NCBI GenBank assembly: GCA_949284695.1
Contig: CASDWJ010000029.1
Coordinates: 25,076-89,075 of the forward strand
Direction: 5' to 3'
Length of the DNA: 64,000 nucleotides
DNA from: an uncultured Christensenella sp.
Lineage (GTDB): Bacteria; Bacillota; Clostridia; Christensenellales; UBA3700
The notes under the pieces are model-generated. The model saw nothing but the letters and a program-made list of their open reading frames with translations. It was not told the DNA's origin and did no database searches. This document shows positions 56,095 through 64,000 of this stretch, piece by piece. Each line of letters starts with the position of its first letter. Position 1 is the stretch's first letter. A program made the translations under genes and the position numbers.

Positions 56095-57014
56095 CAGTCG
56101 AAAAGTCCCGTGGACATATATCTTTCGCCGCAGTCGGGCAGGATCACGACGATCCTCTTGCCCTTGTTTTCCTCTCGTTTTGCGACCTCGATAGCCGCCG
56201 CAAGCGCCGCGCCCGACGATATGCCGCACAGCAGTCCTTCTTCTTTGGCGAGTTCTCTCGTCACTTCTTTCGCCCTCTCGTCGGTCACGTCCACGACTTC
56301 GTCGACAATATCCCTGTCGAGTATGTCGGGAATAAAATTGGCGCCTATGCCCTGTATCGCGTGCGAACCCGCATAGCCTTTGGTCAGAAGCGGGCTCGAA
56401 GCGGGCTCTACCGCAACGACCCTGACGTTGTTGTCAAACGCCTTGAGCGCCCTTCCCGTGCCCGTCAGAGTGCCTCCCGTGCCGACCGCCGACACGAATA
56501 CGTCGACGTGCCCGTCGGTATCTGCGATTATTTCTTTTGCCGTCGTCAGTTCGTGCGCTCTCGGATTGGCGGGATTGGCAAACTGGTTGGCGATATATCC
56601 GCCCGTCTCCTTTGCCATTTCCTCAGCCTTGTCGAGCGCACCCTGCATACCCGCGGCGGCAGGGGTCAGCACCACTTCCGCGCCGAGCGCCGCGACGAGT
56701 TTACGTCTCTCTATACTCATACTTTCGGGCATGACAAGTACGACGCGGTAACCCTTGAGCGCGCCGATGAACGCAAGTCCTATGCCTGTATTGCCTGAGG
56801 TCGGCTCTATGATCGTACCGCCCTTTCTGAGTCTGCCGTCTTTTTCTGCCTGAGCCACTATCTCACGGGCAACCCTGTCCTTTACGCTGAACGGGTTGAA
56901 GCTCTCGACCTTGGCGCATATCTCCGCTCTCAAGCCGTATTTTTTGCACATTCTTTCAAGTCTCACAAGCGGCGTATTGCCTATAAGCGCCGTCACGTCC
57001 GGATATATTTTCAT
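56094..57014 (-). CDS. cysK: cysteine synthase A (O-acetylserine sulfhydrylase)
   Basis: NPFSVKDR (PLP Lys), TSGNTGIGLA and GISSGA motifs. Confidence 0.9.
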   Translation of the reverse strand: MKIYPDVTALIGNTPLVRLERMCKKYGLRAEICAKVESFNPFSVKDRVAREIVAQAEKDGRLRKGGTIIEPTSGNTGIGLAFIGALKGYRVVLVMPESMSIERRKLVAALGAEVVLTPAAAGMQGALDKAEEMAKETGGYIANQFANPANPRAHELTTAKEIIADTDGHVDVFVSAVGTGGTLTGTGRALKAFDNNVRVVAVEPASSPLLTKGYAGSHAIQGIGANFIPDILDRDIVDEVVDVTDERAKEVTRELAKEEGLLCGISSGAALAAAIEVAKREENKGKRIVVILPDCGERYMSTGLFD

Positions 57015-57164
57015 ATTGCACCTCTCTTTTTCTATTTTAAATAATACAATATTTGATATTCGTTTTCAATACCCACGGCGCGATTTTTTGACGAAAAAGC
57101 GCCGATTTTTCTGTGCGTATTGAAAAAACATCGGCATTATTGTATAATTGTTTCGGAGGCTGAT

Positions 57165-58877
57165 ATGACGAATCTTAAGACACCGTGGTCGGACGAGCCG
57201 TACACTACGGCATATCCGCGCCCGCAAATGGTAAGAGACAGCTATTTCCCGCTCGACGGGGAATGGGATTATATGATACGAAAGGGCGACCTTTCCGTGA
57301 AGCCGTCTGCCGACTCTGTCTACGACGGCAAGATACTCGTGCCCTTTTCTCCCGAGTGTATGCTTTCAGGCGTAAACCGCACGCTGATGCCGGGCGAAGT
57401 GCTGATATACCGCACTTTCTTCAAAAGAGAGGGAGACGGGGTCGCTCTGCTCCACTTCGGCGCGGTGGACTACGAATGCAAGGTCTACGTCAACGGCGAT
57501 CTTGCCGCTGAGCATATCGGAGGCTATACCCCGTTTTCGTGCGAGATACAATCCTTTCTTAAAGACGGCGACAACGAACTGACCGTATGCGTCGTCGATC
57601 CGAGCGACACGGCGCCTATAAGCCGCGGGAAACAGGCGACGAAGCACGGAGGGATATGGTATACGCCGCAGAGCGGGATATGGCAGAGCGTGTGGCTCGA
57701 GTATCTGCCAAAGACCTATGTTAAAAAGCTGAAGATAACGCCCGACTTTGACTCAAAGACGGTAACGATAAGCGTATTAACCAACACGGGCACCGAAAAA
57801 TTTACCGTGACCACAAAGGACGGAGAACGCTTTGAGTCAAACGGCGAAGCCGTCACGCTCGACTGCTCAGACTGCACTCCGTGGACTCCCGAGACACCTT
57901 ATCTGTACGACTTCGAGGTCACGTGCGGCGAGGACAAAGTGGGGAGTTACTTCGCTCTCAGAAAGTTCTCAATCGGCACGAGAGAGGACGGCAAGCCGTG
58001 CTTTATGCTCAACGACAAACCCTATTTTATGACTGGACTTCTCGATCAGGGTTACTGGTCGGACGGGCTGTATACCGCGCCGAGCGACGACGCGCTCGTT
58101 TACGATGTAGAGCTTGCAAAAAAATGCGGCTTCAACACTCTGAGAAAGCACATCAAAGTCGAGCCTCTCAGGTGGTATTACCATTGCGACCGCCTCGGCA
58201 TGATCGTCTGGCAGGACTTCGTCAACGGCGGCGGGAAATACAATCCTTTCGCTATACTTCTCCTCCCCAATATCGGGATAAACGTCAGAGACGACCGCTA
58301 CGGCTTTTACTCCCGAAAAGACAAGACGGGGCGCGATCTTTACTACAAGGAGATGGACGAGGTGGTCGATACCCTTTACAACTGCCCTTGCATCGCGCTG
58401 TGGACGCCGTTCAACGAGGGCTGGGGGCAGTTCGACAGTCTGAAGGCGTGCGCACGACTGTGCGCTCTCGACTATACGAGGCTGATCGACCACGCGAGCG
58501 GCTGGAGCGATCAGGGCGGCGAGATCAGGAGCATACACAAATATTTCGTACCTTTCAGAATGCCCAAGCGCGAAAAGCGCCCGGTGATACTCAGCGAATT
58601 CGGCGGTTACAGCATGAAGACAGAGGATCACTCTTTTTCCGACAAGATATTCGGCTATGCGGTATACGACGAAGCGGACAAGCTCGACGCCGCGATACGC
58701 AAGCTGTGGGAGACCGAGCTCGTGCCCGCCAAAGATAAGGGATTGTGCGCGTGCATATATACCCAGCTTACCGACGTGCAGAGCGAAGTGAACGGACTCG
58801 TCACCTACGACCGCAGAGTCGTAAAAGTCGACGAAGCAGCACTCAAAGCGCTCAACGAAAAACTTACGAGCAGATAA
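57165..58877 (+). CDS. GH2-family glycoside hydrolase
   Basis: LHFGAVDYECKVYVNGDLAAEHIGGYTPFSCEI sugar-binding domain. FNTLRKHIKVEP...GMIVWQDF TIM-barrel region. GGAGG RBS before the ATG at 57165. Confidence 0.8.
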   Translation: MTNLKTPWSDEPYTTAYPRPQMVRDSYFPLDGEWDYMIRKGDLSVKPSADSVYDGKILVPFSPECMLSGVNRTLMPGEVLIYRTFFKREGDGVALLHFGAVDYECKVYVNGDLAAEHIGGYTPFSCEIQSFLKDGDNELTVCVVDPSDTAPISRGKQATKHGGIWYTPQSGIWQSVWLEYLPKTYVKKLKITPDFDSKTVTISVLTNTGTEKFTVTTKDGERFESNGEAVTLDCSDCTPWTPETPYLYDFEVTCGEDKVGSYFALRKFSIGTREDGKPCFMLNDKPYFMTGLLDQGYWSDGLYTAPSDDALVYDVELAKKCGFNTLRKHIKVEPLRWYYHCDRLGMIVWQDFVNGGGKYNPFAILLLPNIGINVRDDRYGFYSRKDKTGRDLYYKEMDEVVDTLYNCPCIALWTPFNEGWGQFDSLKACARLCALDYTRLIDHASGWSDQGGEIRSIHKYFVPFRMPKREKRPVILSEFGGYSMKTEDHSFSDKIFGYAVYDEADKLDAAIRKLWETELVPAKDKGLCACIYTQLTDVQSEVNGLVTYDRRVVKVDEAALKALNEKLTSR

Positions 58878-58889
58878 AACTTAAAAGCA

Positions 58890-58925
58890 GAAAAAATACG
58901 CCCGAGGAAAACCCCGGGCGTTTAA
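58890..58925. terminator. bidirectional terminator between convergent genes
   Basis: acgcccg ... cgggcgt stem, with aaaaaat upstream and tttaacttt downstream. Confidence 0.55.
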
Positions 58926-58965
58926 CTTTGCGCGATCGGGCGCTCTGCCCGTCTTTTGCAACGTG

Positions 58966-60537
58966 TTATCTTCTCGCTCTTACTCTGCGGGCTTTTTCTT
59001 TGTATTCTTCGGACGTCTCCAACAGCTTCTCCGCCTCGTCCCGGAGCGCGTCGTCCATATCCATCGCTGTGTCGTAATAACAGCGAGAAAGACCGGTATA
59101 GAACTCTGCAAGCGTCTCTGCGTGCCTGTCACGGTCGATATTGTAAACCGCCTCTGCAACGGACAGCGCTCCTTTTATGATTTCCTTGTCCAGCTCGTCT
59201 ATAATCTCATCGCATTTTAGATAAAATATCGTCTCCTTCAGGTACTCGCCGAGATACTCTTCGGAATCCTGATATATCAGATCGTGCAGAGAGATCATTG
59301 TGAACGAGATCCTCTCTGCGTCTTCGTTTCTGCCGTTCTGCATATAAAGTTCTGCAAGCTCTGTCCCCGCCGCCGAGAATATCCTGCCTTCAGCGATCTC
59401 GCAATCTGCGTTTTCCATGACGATATCAATGCACTTTTCGAGATATCCGACAGCGCTCTCCTTTGACATTTCTTTCGCGAAAACACCGCTGACGAGCAAT
59501 GCCTGCGCCTTTTCAATGTCAAACCTCTCCCCGGACTTTTCACTCAATTGCTCGTATACGGACAATATCTCACTCAACTTGTCGCATACGCCGTCGCTCG
59601 CTTCCGTTCTCAACGCGCACGTCGTTAGCGCAACATCGAGTGCGGCAGGAAAAGAGATGCCCGGGCAATTGAGGAACCCCTCTGCCCTTACGAGCGCATA
59701 TCTGATGAGACAAGGCAACGCTTCGTCTTTTCTCCCCGCTTTATTATATGCGTCCGCGATCGTTACGAGAGATTCCATATACGCGCGGACGTACCCCTTA
59801 AAATCGATCTCAAGAAGTTTTCGGTAATACTTCTCAACGGCTTCGACGCTCTCTTTGTCCGCTTGTTCGCCCGTCTTTATCGCCAAGCGCGCCTTTTCCG
59901 TCGATATGATAGCGTTGCGGTAAGTCATTATGTCGTCACCGTATTGCTGATCGAACCAGCGCTCCTCCTCCGCTTCGAAGGCGGCTTCAAGTATCGCGTC
60001 GATCTTTGCGAGCGCCGCCTTTTTCTCTCTCAGCGCGAGAGCGTGTTTCACAACGTCGCTGTATTCCGTTGCCGCCAACTGCTCGTCTGCCGTGGCGATC
60101 TCCTTGAGCGCAGGCGCCGCTTCGGGACAGGTTTTCAGCCATTTCTCCGCCATCTCGTCCAAGGCTTCAAATTCCTGTCCGCATACGAGAAGTTTTCCGC
60201 CGCCGACCTCGACGGTCACGTAGGGAAAAGCCTTTTCGACCGCGGCAATAAGCGCGATCGCCGCCTCGGCACGGTCTTTCACTCTGAACGCGCCGACCGC
60301 CGCGAGCTCTCTGCCCGCCGCTTCCTCGACTACCTCGTCCGTATCCGCACCGAACGAAAAGACAACCCTACGCGACCCGTCGGCAAGGCTTCCGACGTCA
60401 GCTCTCATCAGGCTTATTCCCACGTTTGTAAACAGGTATTCCCCCAGCTTTTCCGCAAAGTCGCAAAAAGCCTTTTCCTCGGTTTTTCCCGCTTCGTCCG
60501 AGATAACAGATAAGTACAGCACGTTGTCGTTTTTCAT
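58966..60537 (-). CDS. hypothetical protein: N-terminal alpha/beta domain plus helical-repeat (TPR-like) region; paralogue of the next gene
   Basis: 523 aa, AGGAG RBS. The N-terminal block RRVVFSFGADTDEVVEEAAGRELAAVGAFRVKD aligns with the neighbouring gene. Confidence 0.6.
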   Translation of the reverse strand: MKNDNVLYLSVISDEAGKTEEKAFCDFAEKLGEYLFTNVGISLMRADVGSLADGSRRVVFSFGADTDEVVEEAAGRELAAVGAFRVKDRAEAAIALIAAVEKAFPYVTVEVGGGKLLVCGQEFEALDEMAEKWLKTCPEAAPALKEIATADEQLAATEYSDVVKHALALREKKAALAKIDAILEAAFEAEEERWFDQQYGDDIMTYRNAIISTEKARLAIKTGEQADKESVEAVEKYYRKLLEIDFKGYVRAYMESLVTIADAYNKAGRKDEALPCLIRYALVRAEGFLNCPGISFPAALDVALTTCALRTEASDGVCDKLSEILSVYEQLSEKSGERFDIEKAQALLVSGVFAKEMSKESAVGYLEKCIDIVMENADCEIAEGRIFSAAGTELAELYMQNGRNEDAERISFTMISLHDLIYQDSEEYLGEYLKETIFYLKCDEIIDELDKEIIKGALSVAEAVYNIDRDRHAETLAEFYTGLSRCYYDTAMDMDDALRDEAEKLLETSEEYKEKARRVRARR

Positions 60538-60616
60538 ATTTTCTCCTGCGAATTGTTATTTTCCCCGTCTGAAATCCTGCCGCCAAAAGCAGGTTTAACC
60601 TACACGGGCACGTGTT

Positions 60617-62251
60617 TTATAGTTTGTCCGAGTATTTCTTCTTCAGCTCTGACAATCTCTTTGCCGATTGCGCGCGTATTTCGTCAACCGCGTCCAAGCC
60701 GTCAAGTCTTGAGAGCAACACGTCTGCCGTGGCGATCGTCTCTTTCAATCTACCGACGTACTGCTCCGACACGTCGTCACACAAAACGCCGTACCTTTCC
60801 GCCGCAGAAAGGCAATATCCGAGGGCGGTCGCTACAATGTCGTTATTATCTGTTCCGCGCGCCGCGTACAGCTTCGCGAGAGTATAACTGACATCTGCCG
60901 CAACGTCGGCATACAACGCGATTATCGAAGCGTCCTCTCCGTCAAGCCGTCTGCTCGCCCGAAGCAGATACTGTTCCGCGTCGCCGTACTCGCCGCACTC
61001 ATAACTCGCTATACCCGCGCGGGCGGCGGCAAAGTCCGAGTAAAAACTCAGATCTTTGCTTTTTGCGCTTTTGTATTTGTCGGCTACGTTTTTAAACCGC
61101 GACATCGCCTTTCTGTAATCCTTGTCAAAAAAGAAGCTGTGTTCTCCCTCTTTTATTCCGAGCATCGCTCCGCTCTTTTCCGTGTCTGCGTCCTTGCCGT
61201 CCAGTTCTTTCTCAAACGCGAGAGCCCTTTCAAGAAGGCTCTTTCTGAAAATACCGCCGCTGTCCGTCTCGTCGGTAAACGCGTCATAAGCCAGCAGACA
61301 GGCTTTGACGAGAGGAAGGGCAAGCCTTGCTCTTTCCGCGGTCTCTACCGCTTTGAGCGCGTACGTGATCGCAAGTTTTCTCGATCCCGAGTGTCTGCAT
61401 ATATCCGCGCAAAGATAATACGCTCTGAAAAACAAGTCTGCGCGCAGAGAATCGAAGCCGACTTCATCCGCCGTCTGCACGGCTTTGCGCGCTATCTCTT
61501 TCGCTTTGTCGTAATCGTCGAATCTCGCAAAAGCCTCAGCAGATTTAAGACAAGCGGCGATATACGCCTTTTCTGCTTTAACGTCGACAAAGCCGTCATT
61601 GAAAACGCTTAGTTTTGCATACGCGTTCAATCCGTCGTCTGATAGTTTTTCTGCTCGTTCAAACTCTCCCTGCGCGAGACGCACGGCGCAGAACTCTGTG
61701 CACGCCGAGGCAAAAAGCTCCCCGTAAAGCCCGAAATCCTCGTCAGCGAGCGATCTGAATTGTTTCACGCCCAACGGCAATGGTACCGTCGCGATCTCTT
61801 TACCTCCCAACAGAAGTTTGCCTCTGTCCACCGTGGGTTTCACTCTTCCGCCCGCGAATTCCGAGAGGTCGACGATGATCCTCAGCGCAAGCGTAAATTC
61901 GTCGGCAAAGCGGCGCACTTTGCACCCGTATCCTCTCAGACTTTCCTCTACCTCACCGCAAGCGGTATCTTTGACGTAGGCGATCAGACGGCAATTCGTG
62001 CCGCCGCAAGCGCGCAATATATCCTGCAGTCCGTCATCCGTGCCGTCGGTGACCGCAAAAAATATTTTTTTGCAGTCGGGAAAAATGCGGGATATTCGAG
62101 CATTGATGGCTTGTGTTCCGACACCAAGCGCAGAGCCGAGCGTCTTTGCCGTCTCCTGCACATAATTTTCGGGGACGTATTTCGCAAATTCTCCGTATAC
62201 GGCATATATTACAGCCAATCCGGGTTTGACGCTGTTTTTCGTCACAGCCAT
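60617..62251 (-). CDS. hypothetical protein: N-terminal alpha/beta domain plus helical-repeat (TPR-like) region
   Basis: 544 aa from the ATG at 62251 (GAGGTGG RBS); the track starts at the GTG at 62260. The N-terminal block KKIFFAVTDGTDDGLQDILRACGGTNCRLIAYVKD is paralogous to the downstream gene. Confidence 0.6.
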   Translation of the reverse strand: MAVTKNSVKPGLAVIYAVYGEFAKYVPENYVQETAKTLGSALGVGTQAINARISRIFPDCKKIFFAVTDGTDDGLQDILRACGGTNCRLIAYVKDTACGEVEESLRGYGCKVRRFADEFTLALRIIVDLSEFAGGRVKPTVDRGKLLLGGKEIATVPLPLGVKQFRSLADEDFGLYGELFASACTEFCAVRLAQGEFERAEKLSDDGLNAYAKLSVFNDGFVDVKAEKAYIAACLKSAEAFARFDDYDKAKEIARKAVQTADEVGFDSLRADLFFRAYYLCADICRHSGSRKLAITYALKAVETAERARLALPLVKACLLAYDAFTDETDSGGIFRKSLLERALAFEKELDGKDADTEKSGAMLGIKEGEHSFFFDKDYRKAMSRFKNVADKYKSAKSKDLSFYSDFAAARAGIASYECGEYGDAEQYLLRASRRLDGEDASIIALYADVAADVSYTLAKLYAARGTDNNDIVATALGYCLSAAERYGVLCDDVSEQYVGRLKETIATADVLLSRLDGLDAVDEIRAQSAKRLSELKKKYSDKL

Positions 62252-62360
62252 TGTTGCCACCTCGATGTAAGTATTGCAGATTTATTTTAACACTTCGCGT
62301 CGGTTTTTGCAACCGTTGGTGATATTTTACCGTTGAGCTTCTGCGCGCTGTCTCTTGGGC

Positions 62361-62397
62361 AAAAAAAACGGACGGCTTGCGCCGCCCGTTTTTTTTG
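62361..62397. terminator. bidirectional terminator
   Basis: aaaaaaa-acggacggc-ttgc-gccgcccgt-tttttttt (one mismatch in the stem). Confidence 0.65.
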
Positions 62398-62409
62398 AGT
62401 CATTTCCGA

Positions 62410-62670
62410 TTACTTGGAAGCCTTTTTGCTTGCTTTCTTAGCCGCGGGCTTCTTCTCTGCGGTCTTGACTTCTGCCTTTGCAGCCGCTTTCTTAGCAACA
62501 GCCTTTTCAGCCTTAGCATTGAACGCGTCGTAAGCTACCGCGCAGGGATATTCTGCCTGCTTGTCACACTTAGCGCAAAAATCGTAGCTGCCGCAGCAGT
62601 CGTAACCTTTCTGCTCGCTGTCGATCCATTTCTGAACGTCGAGAGCGCTTTGTCTTTCTGCCTTGTCCAT
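62410..62670 (-). CDS. small Cys-rich protein with Lys/Ala-rich (histone-H1-like) C-terminal tail
   Basis: 86 aa from the ATG at 62670 (GGAGGA RBS). Cys cluster YDCCGSYDFCAKCDKQAEYPC. Tail AKAEKAVAKKAAAKAEVKTAEKKPAAKKASKKASK. Confidence 0.55.
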   Translation of the reverse strand: MDKAERQSALDVQKWIDSEQKGYDCCGSYDFCAKCDKQAEYPCAVAYDAFNAKAEKAVAKKAAAKAEVKTAEKKPAAKKASKKASK

Positions 62671-62821
62671 CTTACAATCCTCCGATGAAAAATATTTTTT
62701 GTTCTGCATAGTTATAACATTAAATCACGAAGATGTCAAATAAATGACGGCGAAAAAGAACTTTTTACATAAAAATTATATTTTCGCATACGATTCGCGA
62801 CTTTAAAAAATTTTGAGCGTA

Positions 62822-62850
62822 TTGACACTTCCGACTGCAGATCTTATAAT
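62822..62850 (+). promoter_or_regulatory. consensus promoter of the GH16 gene
   Basis: TTGACA (62822-62827), a 17-nt spacer, then TATAAT (62845-62850). Confidence 0.6.
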
Positions 62851-62884
62851 GAAATCGCAGACGACACTACTGAGAGGTATCGAG

Positions 62885-63913
62885 ATGAAAAAAAGAATTG
62901 CGATTCTGCTTTGCGTGCTTATGCTTTTCTCAAGCACATTCGTCCTTGTCTCCTGCAAAGACGACAGTTTTGACAAAAAAGGTTACGACCTTTCTCTTCC
63001 CGTACTCGGCGAGGACGGCTGGTATCTCGTTTTTCAGGACGACTTTGACGGCGACGCTCTGAACGAAAACATTGTTTTCGGCGAAAATTACAACGGCAAT
63101 ACAGAAATATGGACGACTTCTCCCCATTCCGTGCGGTGGGAAAGCGACGACAAAAACAAACCTGAGCAAAACGTTTACTGGTGTCCCGAAGCAGTATCGG
63201 TCTCCGACGGCACTCTGCAGATAAGAAGTTTTTATTCCTCCGACCACGTCTGCAGCGACGGCCTGTGCCCGTCTCAAGGCAGATTTACCGGCGGCATAGA
63301 AACGCGCGCGCTTACAGAGGCGGGAGAAGACAAAGGAACTTCTGACGAACTGCTTTTCTCTCAGGCGTTCGGATATTTTGAAGTCAGGGTAAAATTCCCC
63401 GACGCGACGGGACTGTGGTCCGCATTCTGGCTGCAATCGTCGAACATGCGCAAGACGGGTGCAGAAGGCGTGGACGGCACAGAAATCGACGTGTTTGAAA
63501 GCGCGTTTATAAAACATCCCGAAAAGATAGGACACGCTTTGCTCTGGAACGGCTACGGCGAATACGGTCAAGTCGACGATTTCGTCACGGACACGGGCAA
63601 AAATCTCTACGACGGATATCACACGTTCGCTCTCAAATGGACTCCTTTATATTACGTATTCTATGTAGACGGACAACCGACCTGGGCAAGCGCTGCGGGC
63701 GGCGTTTCACACGTCAGAGAGTTCCTGCGTCTGACTGTGGAAATCGACGCGGGCGACGGATACGGTCCTCACGGTCAACGTATAGGCAAATTCGACGAAG
63801 AAAGCGAAAGCGTATTTTACGTGGATTATGTAAAAGTGTGGCAGAATTCGGGTTATTCTCAATACGAGATCCCCGACGAGTGTTTTGCAGGCGAGCTTGA
63901 CATGACCAACTGA
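62885..63913 (+). CDS. GH16-family beta-glucanase lipoprotein
   Basis: 342 aa from the ATG at 62885. Lipobox FVLVSC. GH16 catalytic motif ExDxxE in DGTEIDVFES. WSAFWL is also present. Confidence 0.75.
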   Translation: MKKRIAILLCVLMLFSSTFVLVSCKDDSFDKKGYDLSLPVLGEDGWYLVFQDDFDGDALNENIVFGENYNGNTEIWTTSPHSVRWESDDKNKPEQNVYWCPEAVSVSDGTLQIRSFYSSDHVCSDGLCPSQGRFTGGIETRALTEAGEDKGTSDELLFSQAFGYFEVRVKFPDATGLWSAFWLQSSNMRKTGAEGVDGTEIDVFESAFIKHPEKIGHALLWNGYGEYGQVDDFVTDTGKNLYDGYHTFALKWTPLYYVFYVDGQPTWASAAGGVSHVREFLRLTVEIDAGDGYGPHGQRIGKFDEESESVFYVDYVKVWQNSGYSQYEIPDECFAGELDMTN

Positions 63914-63922
63914 AATACGACA

Positions 63923-63951
63923 AACGACGTCCGCAAAAGGACGTCGTTTTC
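63923..63951 (+). terminator. terminator of the GH16 gene
   Basis: acgacgtcc-gcaaaa-ggacgtcgt followed by ttt. Confidence 0.65.
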
Positions 63952-64000
63952 TGCAGGCGGTGCTTCCTGCTGCTTTCTGACGGGACTTTTCAGACTCCCG

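Overview
This is a 64-kb chromosomal segment that looks like a Clostridia-class Firmicute. Flanking lines I hand-counted are about 55-57% G+C. L27 carries the cleavable N-terminal extension and sits next to the Prp protease. The order maf-mreB-minD-minE-S2P ... rng-rplU-prp-rpmA recalls Bacillus and Clostridium. I support about 50 protein-coding genes and one tRNA-Ser(CGA). Housekeeping genes include nadE, a heterodimeric ABC exporter pair, ogg, the rplU operon, RNase G, a radical-SAM pair, glcK, minDE, mreB, maf, ppx, nrdDG, proS, split transketolase and cysK. They are interleaved with glycan-utilisation genes: GH42, two GH2 genes, GH13, GH16 and three GPH-type sugar:cation symporters. I saw no rRNA, CRISPR array, integrase or transposase. 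The long antisense ORFs in the track are shadow ORFs of GC-rich genes. The most interesting locus is a lower-GC single-gene island at 43.06-45.94 kb. It has a consensus promoter and its own terminator. It encodes a 903-aa protein that I read as a fusion of a TIR-like domain, an eIF2B/MtnA-like sugar-phosphate module and an APH/MtnK-type kinase-like domain. I do not know this combination from any described defence or metabolic system. Secondary points are several intergenic repeat families: a 74-bp x 4.5 tandem array, dispersed GGTGTGACCG / GGTAAG-loop hairpin modules, and terminator plus tRNA-3'-like repeats next to tRNA-Ser. There is also a tandem pair of uncharacterised paralogues and a small Cys-rich protein with a histone-H1-like tail. 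All domain calls come from reading the translations by eye. No database search was run.
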